64,000 nt of DNA from assembly GCA_938028625.1 (NCBI GenBank), contig CALIZB010000045.1, forward strand, positions 192 through 64,191, read 5' to 3'. The position numbers and the translations under genes are program-made. The notes below the pieces were generated by a model. That model was not told where the DNA came from. It saw only the letters and a program-made list of their open reading frames with translations, and searched no databases. Numbering within the stretch: the first letter of the stretch is position 1; the number at the start of each line of letters is the position of its first letter. Source of the stretch: an uncultured Bacteroidia bacterium (GTDB lineage Bacteria; Bacteroidota; Bacteroidia; JANWVE01). Shown here piece after piece: positions 40,192 through 51,139 of the stretch.

Positions 40192-40736
40192 AAACAACGT
40201 TAAAAATTTGGAGTTTAATTTTACTATTTTCTACAATGATTATTCACAATAGCTATGCACAATTACAAGAAGCATGGCTAGGACATTGGAAAGGTAAATT
40301 AGAAATTTTTGATGCTAAAACCGTAAAACAAACGATACACATGGAGTTAGAAATCCATAAAATAGACTCAACTAAATGGCAGTGGAAAATGGTCTATGGA
40401 GAAGGAGATAAAAAGGATATAAGAGATTATGAATTGATACTCAAAAATGCAGAAAAAGGACACTACGTTATAGACGAAAAAAACACTATTTCTATGGATA
40501 TGCAATTGTATTATAGGCATTTTAGCTCTATTTTTAGTGTAGAAGGAGCTTTATTGTGTATCACTTATACCCTTAAAGATGACAAAACGCTTGTTTTTGA
40601 AGTTATCTCCGCGAGTGAAAAACAAAAATATACAACCGGTAAAGGTGATAAAGATATTCCTTTTGTAGTGTCTTATCCTTGCAATGGGTATCAAAAAGCA
40701 GTACTGCATAAGACACACAAAGTTGTGAAATCATAA
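40188..40736 (+). CDS. Secreted hypothetical protein
   Basis: Signal peptide; 'WLGHWKGKL', 'RDYEL...GHYVIDEKN'. Confidence 0.7.
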   Translation: MKTTLKIWSLILLFSTMIIHNSYAQLQEAWLGHWKGKLEIFDAKTVKQTIHMELEIHKIDSTKWQWKMVYGEGDKKDIRDYELILKNAEKGHYVIDEKNTISMDMQLYYRHFSSIFSVEGALLCITYTLKDDKTLVFEVISASEKQKYTTGKGDKDIPFVVSYPCNGYQKAVLHKTHKVVKS

Positions 40737-40787
40737 TGCATTAATTATTTTGAGTTGTATTAGTGTTTTTTTGTATTTTTGCGTACC

Positions 40788-41396
40788 ATGAAGTCATTAG
40801 ACCCAAGAATTAACCGTTTTGATATAGAAAAAGTTCCTGTTGATACTCTTTCAGAAAACGAACTGGAACAGTGGCAGACTTATGAAGTGTTTCATCAGAA
40901 AAAAGCAAGTGAGGTTCATATACATGTAGGTGCAGTACACGCTAGTAATCCCGAAGTTGCGTTTTTATTTGCCAAAGAACAGTATGCAAGGCGTTTGCAG
41001 TGTTATAATTTGTGGGTTGCGAAAACAGCTGATATTTTTGCGTTTAACATGGAAAGAAACGAAAATGACAACTTTATTTCAGAAGAAATATCCTCCCATA
41101 CAGAATCTGCTTATGATATTTTTTATCAATATCGCAGAGGAGAACACCCAAAATATACAGGCACAGTAGTAGCCATACACCCTGAAAAAGCAATACAGTC
41201 GGCACAAAAACACTTTGGAAAAGATACTTTTATGATTTGGGCTATTCCACAAAATAAAGTGTATAAACAACCTGTTGAACAAGCAGAAATGTACACTTAT
41301 GTGCCTAAAAAAAGTTACCGTGATGCTACAGGCTATAAAGTAATGGCAAAACTTAATAAAATCAGAAAAGCAAGAAAACAACATGAGCAACAATAA
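40788..41396 (+). CDS. paaB: Phenylacetyl-CoA epoxidase subunit B-like protein with a tandem PaaB-like domain
   Basis: 'YEVFHQ...HIHVGAVHA.NPE.A...AKEQYARR....LWV'; C-terminal 'KKSYRDA'. Confidence 0.7.
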   Translation: MKSLDPRINRFDIEKVPVDTLSENELEQWQTYEVFHQKKASEVHIHVGAVHASNPEVAFLFAKEQYARRLQCYNLWVAKTADIFAFNMERNENDNFISEEISSHTESAYDIFYQYRRGEHPKYTGTVVAIHPEKAIQSAQKHFGKDTFMIWAIPQNKVYKQPVEQAEMYTYVPKKSYRDATGYKVMAKLNKIRKARKQHEQQ

Positions 41397-42000
41397 TTCA
41401 GAAAATACGACAAAAAAGATTAACCTCGCAATTTTTGCTTCAGGTAATGGCAGTAATGCAGAAGCGCTTATGGAACGTTTCAAACGCCATAAACTTATTC
41501 AGGTTACAGGAATTGTAACTAACAACCCCGAAGCAGGAGTAATTAAAAAAGCAAAAGGTTTTGGAAAACCTACTATTATTCTAAATCCCGAAAAGATAAA
41601 TGATGGTGAAGCTATTTATGAACAAATTAAACACTTAGAACCTGATTATTTGGTTTTAGCGGGCTATCTCAAACTTATACCCTCCACTTTGATAGAAAAA
41701 TTTCCAAGACGCATTTTTAATATACACCCTTCCCTATTGCCTAAATACGGTGGTCAAGGTATGTATGGATATCGTATTCATGAAGCGGTTAAAGCGAATA
41801 GAGAAAAAGAAAGCGGCATTACCATACATTATGTAAGTGAAAACTATGACGAAGGTGAGATTATATTCCAAAAAGTAAAACGTCTTGACCAAACTTGGAG
41901 TGCAGAAATTATAGGTAGAGAAATTCTGCTTTTGGAACATGAATGGTACGGCAAAGTCATTGAAAAAACCATTATGAGTCACATTACCCAAAACTCCTGA
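41383..42000 (+). CDS. purN: Phosphoribosylglycinamide formyltransferase
   Basis: 'AIFASGNGSNA', 'VLAGY', 'NIHPSLLPKYGG.GMYG', 'GITIHYV..YDEG'. Confidence 0.94.
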   Translation: MSNNNSENTTKKINLAIFASGNGSNAEALMERFKRHKLIQVTGIVTNNPEAGVIKKAKGFGKPTIILNPEKINDGEAIYEQIKHLEPDYLVLAGYLKLIPSTLIEKFPRRIFNIHPSLLPKYGGQGMYGYRIHEAVKANREKESGITIHYVSENYDEGEIIFQKVKRLDQTWSAEIIGREILLLEHEWYGKVIEKTIMSHITQNS

Positions 42001-42008
42001 CTTTTCTC

Positions 42009-43052
42009 ATGGATACCTCCGAAGAATCTGTAAAAAAAAGCAAAAAAAAGTATATTATTCTTGGTGCAGTTGCTCTCACAGCAATTCTTGCGGTGTATTT
42101 TGCTTATGCCTTATTTGCCAAAGCCGCTAAAAAAGATATTGTCATATATGTAAAAAACGGTACTGCCTTACAGGAAATTACAGAGCAGTTGTCTCAGAAT
42201 GAAGCACTTGTCAGTAAAAGTAATTTTACTTTAACAGCAAAACTCATGGGATTAAATAGTAAAACCTTAAAAACAGGTGCTTACAAGATACAAAAAGGTT
42301 CTTCCAATGCTAAAATAGCCAATATTCTACTCAAAGGCAGACAGATGCCAATAAATGTTGTCTTCCGAACGGTTCGTACCCCCGAGGACTTCGCAGAATT
42401 TGTAGCAGAAAAGTTTTATGTTCATCAAGATAGCATGTTAAATACACTTAAAAATAATGAATTGCTCAAAGAATTTGGTGTTAAAGATACTACCGTAATG
42501 AGTATTCTTATTCCTGATACTTACCAAATGTATTGGACAGCTAAACCCAAAGAAATTATTCAAAAACTCTATCAAGGTTATCAAAAATTCTGGAACGCAG
42601 AACGCATACAAAGGGCAAATGAAATAGGTCTAACCCCGCTACAGATAACGGTACTAGCTTCTATTGTGGAAGCAGAAACCCAAAAAAATGATGAAAAACC
42701 TATAATTGCAGGAGTGTATCTCAATCGTTATTTCAAAAAAATGAAGTTACAAGCAGACCCCACAGCTGTTTTTGCTGCACAAGACTTTACTATAAAACGA
42801 GTAACAAGCGATATTCTTAAAACAGACAGTCCTTACAATACTTATATATATCAAGGTTTGCCCCCAGGACCTATCAATAATCCATCTAAAACGTCTATTG
42901 ATGCTGTATTAAATTATCAAAAACATAACTACTTATTTTTTTGTGCCAAAGCAGACTTTTCAGGATACCACGCCTTCGCAGAAGACTATGAAACCCATAA
43001 AAAAAATGCACGGTTATATCAGCAGGCACTAAATATGAAAGGTATACAATAG
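42009..43052 (+). CDS. mltG: Endolytic transglycosylase MltG
   Basis: 'LASIVEAE', 'IAGVYLNR', 'LQADPT', 'SPYNTY..GLPPGPI'. Confidence 0.94.
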   Translation: MDTSEESVKKSKKKYIILGAVALTAILAVYFAYALFAKAAKKDIVIYVKNGTALQEITEQLSQNEALVSKSNFTLTAKLMGLNSKTLKTGAYKIQKGSSNAKIANILLKGRQMPINVVFRTVRTPEDFAEFVAEKFYVHQDSMLNTLKNNELLKEFGVKDTTVMSILIPDTYQMYWTAKPKEIIQKLYQGYQKFWNAERIQRANEIGLTPLQITVLASIVEAETQKNDEKPIIAGVYLNRYFKKMKLQADPTAVFAAQDFTIKRVTSDILKTDSPYNTYIYQGLPPGPINNPSKTSIDAVLNYQKHNYLFFCAKADFSGYHAFAEDYETHKKNARLYQQALNMKGIQ

Positions 43053-43076
43053 TTTTTAGATTTTTTTTAAAAATCC

Positions 43077-43108
43077 TTTGCATAATTAAATCATATCTCT
43101 TATTTTTG
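43077..43108 (+). promoter_or_regulatory. Bacteroidota promoter (-33 TTTG, 20-nt spacer, -7 TATTTTTG)
   Basis: Exact consensus upstream of GTG 43136. Confidence 0.65.
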
Positions 43109-43135
43109 CATTAGCAATCTTTACTTATTATCTTT

Positions 43136-46100
43136 GTGAAACATGTAAAACAATATGTTATTACTTTTCTTGCAATATTTATTTTAGGTTTTAGCCAAGA
43201 AAGTTTGGCTTCTCATGGCATGGGTTGGGATATTTCTTATACCCATCTCGGTGGAAATCAGTACCGCGTACGATTATCGTTTTAAAGAGACTGTAACGGT
43301 ATTACAGAAGGTAGCAGCCAGTATATCAGTATTACCAATGGATGTGGTTTTACCAATCCTTCTCTAACTGTGAATTTATTAGCAGGCTACCCGCAAGATG
43401 TATCGCCTTTATGTGGTACAGCTGTGAGTGTTTGTGCGGGAGGTACAGCAAATCCTGCGGTACAATTATATGCGTACGAAGGTGTGGTAACTCTACCCGG
43501 TGCTTGTGCAGACTGGCGATTTGCGTACTCTTCTTGCTGCCGAAATGCTAGTATTACTACTATTACCTCTCCGGACACTCAAAGTTATTATGTAGAAGCA
43601 CTGCTTAATAACACTATGGCCCCTGGCAATACTGCACCTACATTTACTAATCAACCTGTTGGTGCTATCTGTGTAAATCAAATATGGAATTTTAATAATG
43701 GTGCCGTAGAACCTGATGGTGATATCTTAGTGTACAGTTTAATTGCCGCAAAAACCACTGCTTTTACCGCTGATGTTCCTTATCTTGCAGGATTTTCAGG
43801 TACACAACCTTTTACTACTGTTCCTGCCGCAGGTACTTCCATTAACCCTGCAACAGGTCAAATAACAGTAAACGTACCGAGTGTAATCGGGCAGGTTACG
43901 GTATTTGGAGTATTAGTAGAAGAATATAGAGGTTCTATTGCCCCTGCCAATAAAGTAGGACACGTAATGCGAGATTTACAAATTTCTGTACAAAACTGTA
44001 CTAATATCAATCCTACTGTTCCAACAGGTTTTGGTAGTGTTTCAGGAGGTAATGTTACAGGACCTCTTACTGTACAAACTTGTCCTGGGGCAAATCTTAA
44101 TTTAACTTTTAATATTACAGACCCTAATACAGGACAAGTGATTACAGTTACATGGAATAATGGCATTCCCGGAGGTACGTTTAGTAGTACAGGAACTAAT
44201 CCCGTAACTTCTACTTTCACTTGGACGCCTGGTGCAGGAGATGTAGGAACACATTATTTTACAGTTACCGCCACAGACAACAACTGTCCCGTAGTAGGGC
44301 AATCTACTTTTACCGTAACTGTACAAGTACTACAAGGTACAGATGCGGGTCCTGACCAAGTTACTTACTGTGGAGTACCTATTCAACTCAATGCTACGGG
44401 AGGAACAACCTTTACATGGACAACCTTAGGTGGAGGTCCTCCAATAGGGTTAAGCTGCGCTACATGTCCTAATCCTATTGCTACCCCAGCCGTAACTACT
44501 ACATACGTAGTACAAAGTAATGTTCCACCTCCCTGTCCTGATAGAGATACGATTACTGTTGTTGTAGCGCCTGGGTTTAATCTCACTATGAGTCCTGATG
44601 TAACTATATGTAGAACATCTTCTACAGTTATAACTGCTACTCCTGATGTGCCTTCTACTTATACTTACTCATGGAATCCTGTTACCGGTTTGTCTAGTGC
44701 TACGGTATCTAATCCAACAGCAAGTCCTACGGTAACTACAACATATACTTGTACTGTAACTGACGTGGTTACAGGTTGTCAGAGAACAGGTACTGTAACT
44801 GTCACCGTTGTAGCTGCAGATATTAACGTAACCAGCGTAACCTCTACTCCTCCAGATTTTCCTTGTGTAGGGGGTGCAAACACTCTAACCGCTAATATTG
44901 TTGCAGGTGATTGCAATGTATATCAGCGTACAGCCATACCATACGCGGCACCGCCCGCAGGGGGATATACCACAGAACCCACTACTGATGGTTGTGATGA
45001 CTGTGTTTCAGGTGCTATACCTATAGGTTTCACTTTTACTTATTACTGCACAAATTATACTAATGTGTATATTAGTTCTAATGGATTTATTAGTTTTGAC
45101 GCCGCACCTGGTTCGGGCTGTTGTTCAGGACAAAATATTCCTAATACTACTGCACCTAATAATCTTGTGGCTTTGTGTTGGACGGACCTTAACCCAGGTT
45201 CTGCGGGTAGTATTCGCTACAAAACCATAGGTACTGCACCCAATAGACAATTTATTGTATTTTATGATAATGTTCGCCACTATGGAAGCAGTTCTTTAAA
45301 TGTAACAGGATACATTATTCTACACGAAACTACAAACTATATTGACATCATGAGTACCCAAATAGATAATAATGGAGGTATTATGACGCAAGGAGTAGAA
45401 CGTGCAGGAGGAACTGCCGCTGTGCCTTCACCTGGCAGAAATGCTACTTCATGGGGTGCTACTAATGACGGTAATAGATTTCAGCCTACGCTTACTCCTT
45501 ATACTGTTACCTGGTATATCGGGGCAACGCCTATCGGTTCAGGCAATCCTTTTGCTACTACTACCATGGCTACTACTACTTATACTGCCGTAGTATCTCC
45601 TACCTCAGGTCCTCCATGCACCGCCACAGGTAGTGTAACTGTAAACGTAGGTTGTCCTTTACCTATTGAACTTACAGAATTTAAAGGACATCTCGCAGGC
45701 AGAGATGGCGTACTGAACTGGTATACTCAAACCGAAGCTAATGCCAAAGGGTTTGATGTAGAACGTTCCACTGATGGTACTAATTTTACCAAAATTGGTT
45801 TTGTTAAAGCGTATGGAAACTCTGCTAATATGCAAAGCTATACCTTCACAGATAAAAATCTTTCTGATGGTAAGTACTTCTATCGCTTGCGTATTGTCAG
45901 TATGGACGGGCAGTCCACTTACTCTAATATCGTAGAACTTAAACTCTCTGATGTATACAGTTCATTTGAATTATTAGGTTTATATCCTAATCCTGCGGAT
46001 AATAATGTTACTATTTCTTATGCTCTTCACAAAGCAGGAGATTTGAAAATTGATGTTATAGATTTACTTGGTAAACAGGTATTAAGCGTAGAAGATGTTC

Positions 46101-46222
46101 AGAAACCCACAGGAAATCATCAGAGTACTTTCTCTGTAAGAAATTTACCCTCCGGACAGTATATCATTAAATGTCAGCATGGTGGTAAAAATGAATTTTA
46201 CAAACTTGCTGTAACACACTAA
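43136..46222 (+). pseudogene. Large T9SS adhesin-like cargo gene (Ig/PKD-like repeats, Cys-rich) with a premature TAA at codon 50
   Basis: GTG 43136 gives a signal peptide then 'SHGMGWDISY..LGGNQYRVRLSF*RDCNG', in frame with the 950-aa ORF. CTD 'LYPNPA...LPSGQYII'. Confidence 0.8.
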
Positions 46223-46242
46223 AAAAACAAATACTACAAAAT

Positions 46243-46278
46243 AAAACAGGTGTATCTAAAACGATATACCTGTTTTTT
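46243..46278 (+). terminator. Intrinsic terminator
   Basis: AAAACAGGTGTATC-taaaac-GATATACCTGTTTT followed by TT. Confidence 0.8.
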
Positions 46279-46412
46279 GTTTAAAGAAAATGGATATAGA
46301 AATTTTACGTTTTATGGTATTATTTGCATATTTCATACTACTTTTTGTAATGTAAATACTCGTGCCGATGCTTATATGGATTGAACACGTGAAATTTGGC
46401 ATAATATCCTTT

Positions 46413-46447
46413 AATATAAAAGCGTGCTGTCTTAAAAAACAGCACGC
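46413..46447 (-). terminator. Intrinsic terminator for 46485..46925
   Basis: Perfect 9-bp stem GCGTGCTGT/ACAGCACGC, followed by TTTTATATT on the minus strand. Confidence 0.7.
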
Positions 46448-46484
46448 ATCAACCTTATATTATGAAACCAACTATATAAGAACT

Positions 46485-46925
46485 TTACGATTTTTTCTGC
46501 AAAACCGCTTTAATTTGTTTGCTTTCATCTATACAATATCCTATAGTAGAGTGGTTTATCTGATACAGGGAAGTAATTTCTTTGTTTGGGTCGTAGATAA
46601 CTTTATGTACATTTGGGTGATGTATGTATGAAAAGTAAGTAAGTTCCATAGCATCTGTGGTAATAAGTACAATCTGTATATTTTGTTTGAGCAAAGACTT
46701 ATAGTGTTTTTTTATATGTTCCAGATTTGAGGTCAGGGTTTGGGAATTTTCAGAAAACAGGAGTAGCATTTTGCTGTTTTGTATACCTTTATTGACACTA
46801 AACAGTTCTCCTCCTTTCTGATTGATGGCAACAAAATTAAGGGCTTTATCTCCTATTCGCAATTGAGAAAAAACTACTTGTGAATACAGTAAAATAAACA
46901 TTATAATGAAAGCTAAACGTTTCAT
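46485..46925 (-). CDS. Secreted AhpC/TSA-like thioredoxin-fold protein lacking the active-site Cys
   Basis: 'LRIGDKALNF', 'IYDPNKEITSLY', 'YCIDES..IK'. Confidence 0.55.
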   Translation of the reverse strand: MKRLAFIIMFILLYSQVVFSQLRIGDKALNFVAINQKGGELFSVNKGIQNSKMLLLFSENSQTLTSNLEHIKKHYKSLLKQNIQIVLITTDAMELTYFSYIHHPNVHKVIYDPNKEITSLYQINHSTIGYCIDESKQIKAVLQKKS

Positions 46926-47051
46926 ATATTTTTATGAACAACTATGCAAGTATACGAAACTTCGCTTTACGTAGTATATGTGTTTTGTATAAATTTTATG
47001 TAAAATATCTGTAAAAAATTGATAATCAGGAAGAAAAATTTTAATTTTGTT

Positions 47052-47702
47052 TCAAGAAATCTGCCCGTCTTTAATATAAAGCACCCTATGGGACTGTGCG
47101 GCTAATTCAGGATTATGGGTAGCAATAAGAAAAGTTTGCTTAAATTCCTGAGAAAGCTGAAAAAACAAATTATGTAAATGTTTTGCATTGTTGGAGTCTA
47201 AATTTCCTGAGGGTTCATCTGCCAGTATGAGCTTGGGTGCGTTAATCAGAGAACGGGCTACAGCTACTCTTTGCTGTTCTCCGCCAGAGAGTTGATTAGG
47301 TTTGTGATGCATACGCTCTTGCAAACCAAGATAACTTAACCATTTTTTAGCTTCAGCAACATATTCATTTTTAGGTCTTTTTTGAATCATGGCAGGAATA
47401 CAAACATTTTCCAATGCTGTAAATTCAGGTAAAAGATAATGAAACTGAAAAATCAAACCGATATTTTGGTTACGGTATTTCGCCATAGCTTTTGAGGACA
47501 ATGTATGTACAGAAATGCCTTCAAAAATAATTTCGCCTTTGTCTGCTGTATCTAATCCTGCAATAAGATGCAACAAAGTAGATTTGCCTGCCCCTGATGC
47601 CCCTACCAAAGAAAGTACCTCTCCCTGACTGATACTGAGATTTATATCTTTGAGAATTTCTAAATTTCCGTAGCTTTTGTGCAAATGTTTTACTTCCAGC
47701 AT
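47052..47702 (-). CDS. lolD: ABC ATP-binding protein, LolD-like
   Basis: GASGAGKS, 'FQFHYLLPEFTALENV', 'LSGGEQQRVAVAR', 'ADEPSGNLD'. ATG at 47702. Confidence 0.8.
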   Translation of the reverse strand: MLEVKHLHKSYGNLEILKDINLSISQGEVLSLVGASGAGKSTLLHLIAGLDTADKGEIIFEGISVHTLSSKAMAKYRNQNIGLIFQFHYLLPEFTALENVCIPAMIQKRPKNEYVAEAKKWLSYLGLQERMHHKPNQLSGGEQQRVAVARSLINAPKLILADEPSGNLDSNNAKHLHNLFFQLSQEFKQTFLIATHNPELAAQSHRVLYIKDGQIS

Positions 47703-47858
47703 TGGTGCAAAAGTACAGGTTTTTTTATTCCTGTATTCTGATTTTTCTATAATCCCTGGATTTTTCATAGTTTATTATGCTGATAATCAATGTTTTATAT
47801 TGAATATCCGTATAAGTACGTATTTCTGCGTGTATAATTTCACGTAAAATTGTGCCAT

Positions 47859-50237
47859 ATGAAAAGTACGTTTTTTATATTACTTTTAATAGTTCTCCAT
47901 GGGTACTACATAATGGCCCAAGATAAAATATGGTTTGAAGAGAACTTTGATAACAATAAAAAAAACTGGTATTTACCAAGTGGAAGCAGTTTCAACGCAA
48001 AAATTGAAAATGGTAAATATGTAGTACATGTAAACAACGATAATCTGCAAACTATATCCAAAAATGTATATATAGACAGCGAAAAAAATTATGTATTCAC
48101 TATGAACTATATTCACAAAGAAGGTTCAGGAGATATAGGCATGGTTATACAAGGCAAGAATAATCATCTCTATGCCGTATACATTAACGGTTCTCAAAAA
48201 TTGGTCAAATTTGCAGGTATAGATAAGAATGGAAATAAATACACTTACCTGCCTAGCAAAAGAATGAAAAAAATGAAGCCCTTAGGTGAACCTAATGAGT
48301 TCATGATAAAATACAGTCCTAAAAGTGTAGCTTTTTATCTAAACAAAAAGAAGTTTTACAGTGGTTCATTGAAAAAAGAAATTCTTAATTGGGAAAATGG
48401 AAGTTTTACTTTTATGTTTAATGGTAAAGGAACATACGAAATAGATAAAGTTACGGTATATCAAGATAACGAACTCAACTTAGTCAAAGATTTAGATACT
48501 ACTTTGGTGGTTGTTCCTTTAAGTACAAATGTTAATGACCCTAAATGTAAAGACCATCTTTCACCCCTAGTTAGTCCTGATGGTAAGTACTTGTATTTTG
48601 TGAGAGATTATGGAAAAAATCAAGACATTTATGTATCCGAATGGCAAGATACAGCATGGTCATTAGCGAAACCTGTAAAAGAACTCAATAATTTAAGTGC
48701 CAACAGTTTTATTTCTATTACGCCTGATAATAATATGGCATTTTTACGGGGAGAATATGAAACAGGAAGTAATTATTCTAAACCAGGTTTTTCTATTAGT
48801 TACAGAACGGCTAATGGCTGGGGACAACCTGAAAAAGTAAATATGAAAAATTTCTATAATCATAATCAGTATAGTGAATTTTGTATGTCTGCTGATGGTA
48901 AAGTAATGATATTATCCATAGAGCGTGATGATACACACGGAGGAAAGGATTTATATGTTTCTTTCTTAAAAAGAAAAGGTAAAAAATGGTCAGAACCAGA
49001 AAATATGGGTAAAGTAATTAATCGTTTTGGTGATGAAGCTACCCCCTTTCTTGCCGCAGATGGTAGAACGCTTTACTTTGCTTCTAGTTCTCACCCTGGC
49101 TACGGTTTTTATGACATTTTTGTATCCCGCAGAATAGGAAACGGATATAAAAAATGGACAAAACCTGAAAATCTCGGTCCTATTATCAATACAGATGGTT
49201 TTGATGCTTATTATACTGTACCTGCTTCAGGAGAATACGCATATATTACGCGGGGAGATAAAATATGTAAAATCGGACTACCTAAATCTGTACGCCCAAA
49301 ACCTGTTATCTTGGTAGAAGGTAAAGTATTAAACAGTAAAGATAATACTCCCATAGAAGCTGAAATTACTTATTATGATGCTGATAATCCCAAAGAAGAA
49401 CTCGGTATTGCACGTTCAAATCCTGTTGATGGTAGCTATAAAATCGCTCTCCCCGCAGGTACAAAGTATACGTTCAGTGCAGAGAAAGAAAACTTTAATC
49501 CCACTACTGAAAAAGTAGATGCTACCAATATCACAGAATACACAGAAATTCATAGAGATTTGTATCTTACTCCCAAAGAAATGCAAGTTAAAAAACAAGC
49601 AAATTTTATTCTCAAAGGTGTAGTCTATAATGCTAAAACTAAAACCCCTATCCGTGCTAACGTAACTTTACGCGATGAAATGGGAAATTTTGCCGTAGCG
49701 GTTATTGGTTCGGATTCTACTACAGGTGCGTACAGTGTAGAAATTCCCTACAATGCTAATAATACCAAAGGATACGGTATTATAGGTACTCAAGAAGGCT
49801 ATATCCCTGCCACAGACAGAGTAGATGCTTCTAATATCAGTGAAGGTAAAGAAATTATAAAAGATTTATACCTTAATCCTATTGAAGTAGGAGTGGTAGT
49901 ACGCTTAAATAATATATTCTTTGATTTCGGTAAAGCTACCATACGTCAAGATGAGTCTATTACTGAACTCAACAGAGTAATTAAATTCTTAAAAGATAAT
50001 TCCACAGTTCAAATTGAAATTGGCGGACATACAGATAACGTAGGGGATAATGCTTATAACCAAAAACTCTCCGAAGAAAGAGCTAATGCCGTTAGAAAAT
50101 TCTTGATAGAACGCGGCGTAAGAGAGAACCAAGTTACTGCCAAAGGCTATGGCGAAACTAAACCTGTAGCTGATAATAATACCGAAGAAGGAAAACAACA
50201 AAATCGCAGAGTAGAATTTACTATTCTCAAAAAATAA
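47859..50237 (+). CDS. OmpA-family protein with PD40 propeller and CarboxypepD-like domains (PorE-like architecture)
   Basis: PD40 repeats 'SPDGKYLYF', 'AADGRTLYFAS'; OmpA domain 'GHTDNVG..YNQKLSEERA...NRRVEF'. Confidence 0.9.
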   Translation: MKSTFFILLLIVLHGYYIMAQDKIWFEENFDNNKKNWYLPSGSSFNAKIENGKYVVHVNNDNLQTISKNVYIDSEKNYVFTMNYIHKEGSGDIGMVIQGKNNHLYAVYINGSQKLVKFAGIDKNGNKYTYLPSKRMKKMKPLGEPNEFMIKYSPKSVAFYLNKKKFYSGSLKKEILNWENGSFTFMFNGKGTYEIDKVTVYQDNELNLVKDLDTTLVVVPLSTNVNDPKCKDHLSPLVSPDGKYLYFVRDYGKNQDIYVSEWQDTAWSLAKPVKELNNLSANSFISITPDNNMAFLRGEYETGSNYSKPGFSISYRTANGWGQPEKVNMKNFYNHNQYSEFCMSADGKVMILSIERDDTHGGKDLYVSFLKRKGKKWSEPENMGKVINRFGDEATPFLAADGRTLYFASSSHPGYGFYDIFVSRRIGNGYKKWTKPENLGPIINTDGFDAYYTVPASGEYAYITRGDKICKIGLPKSVRPKPVILVEGKVLNSKDNTPIEAEITYYDADNPKEELGIARSNPVDGSYKIALPAGTKYTFSAEKENFNPTTEKVDATNITEYTEIHRDLYLTPKEMQVKKQANFILKGVVYNAKTKTPIRANVTLRDEMGNFAVAVIGSDSTTGAYSVEIPYNANNTKGYGIIGTQEGYIPATDRVDASNISEGKEIIKDLYLNPIEVGVVVRLNNIFFDFGKATIRQDESITELNRVIKFLKDNSTVQIEIGGHTDNVGDNAYNQKLSEERANAVRKFLIERGVRENQVTAKGYGETKPVADNNTEEGKQQNRRVEFTILKK

Positions 50238-50263
50238 CGCCCTTTACATAGCAAGGTTGATAT

Positions 50264-50307
50264 AGACCAGTTTACACACGCTTTTAAGGTTGTAAATTGG
50301 TCTTTTT
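50264..50307 (+). terminator. Intrinsic terminator
   Basis: AGACCAGTTTACA...TGTAAATTGGTCT followed by TTTT. Confidence 0.7.
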
Positions 50308-50348
50308 AGCTTATAATTGCCAAAATTTTCTGTATTTTTGCATAAAAT

Positions 50349-51080
50349 ATGAACTATAAAATTTCTTTGCCCGTTTTTGAAGGTCCTTTTGATTTATTGC
50401 TTTTTTTTATTGAACGAGATGAACTAGACATCTATGATATTCCTATTCATACTTTAACCAATGATTTTTTGGCATATATTCAGCAAATGGAACAGAAAGA
50501 TATAGAACTGAGTGCAGAGTTTATGATAGTTGCCGCTACGCTCATGAATATCAAAGCAAGAATGCTTATTCCAAGACTTTCTGTAAACGAAAAAGGTGAG
50601 AAAACAGACCCGCGCGAAGAACTTGTCAACCGAATTTTAGAATACAAACGCTATAAAGTAGCCGTAGCAGAACTGCAACTATTAGAAAATATCCGTTTAG
50701 AACAATTTAATAGAGGTTTTACTCAAAAAGAACAAGAATTTCTTAAAAACAGCATTGCTCCCGAAGAAGAACTTTTGCCTGTAAATCTTTATACTCTGCT
50801 TAAAACTTATAAGAAACTTTTAGAACGGCATCATTTGCAAAAAAACATTACGCCGCATACCGTAGTACAATATCCTTATACTATTGAAACGCAGATAGAA
50901 TTTTTAGATACACAACTCTATCAACAAGATAAACTCTCTTTTATTCAGATTATCAGTATCAATTCTCACCGACTTTTTTTGCTTTTTACCTTTCTTGCTA
51001 TTCTGCAATTAGTTCAGGAACAGAAAATACAAATCATTGTCGGAGAGGGCTATAACAACTTTTGGATTGTAAGAAATTAA
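50349..51080 (+). CDS. scpA: Segregation/condensation protein A (kleisin)
   Basis: 'FEGPFDLLL..I...ELDIYDIPI', 'DPREELV.RILEYKRYK', 'TFLAILQL'. Confidence 0.9.
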   Translation: MNYKISLPVFEGPFDLLLFFIERDELDIYDIPIHTLTNDFLAYIQQMEQKDIELSAEFMIVAATLMNIKARMLIPRLSVNEKGEKTDPREELVNRILEYKRYKVAVAELQLLENIRLEQFNRGFTQKEQEFLKNSIAPEEELLPVNLYTLLKTYKKLLERHHLQKNITPHTVVQYPYTIETQIEFLDTQLYQQDKLSFIQIISINSHRLFLLFTFLAILQLVQEQKIQIIVGEGYNNFWIVRN

Positions 51081-51139
51081 AGTGATTAGGATAAAAATCA
51101 CATGTTTTTTGGCTTACGTTTCTTTTTTGTATTTTTACC

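Noticed and set aside
46280..46480. Possible small RNA or 21-aa hydrophobic peptide (MDIEILRFMVLFAYFILLFVM) between two terminators
   Set aside because: No clear promoter. Both hairpins are explained as terminators of the convergent genes, and short hydrophobic ORFs arise easily in T-rich DNA.
47020..47789. TGATAATCA on both sides of lolD as a Fur-like site
   Set aside because: It is a 9-nt AT-rich word that also occurs inside coding sequence, and no full 19-bp box is present.
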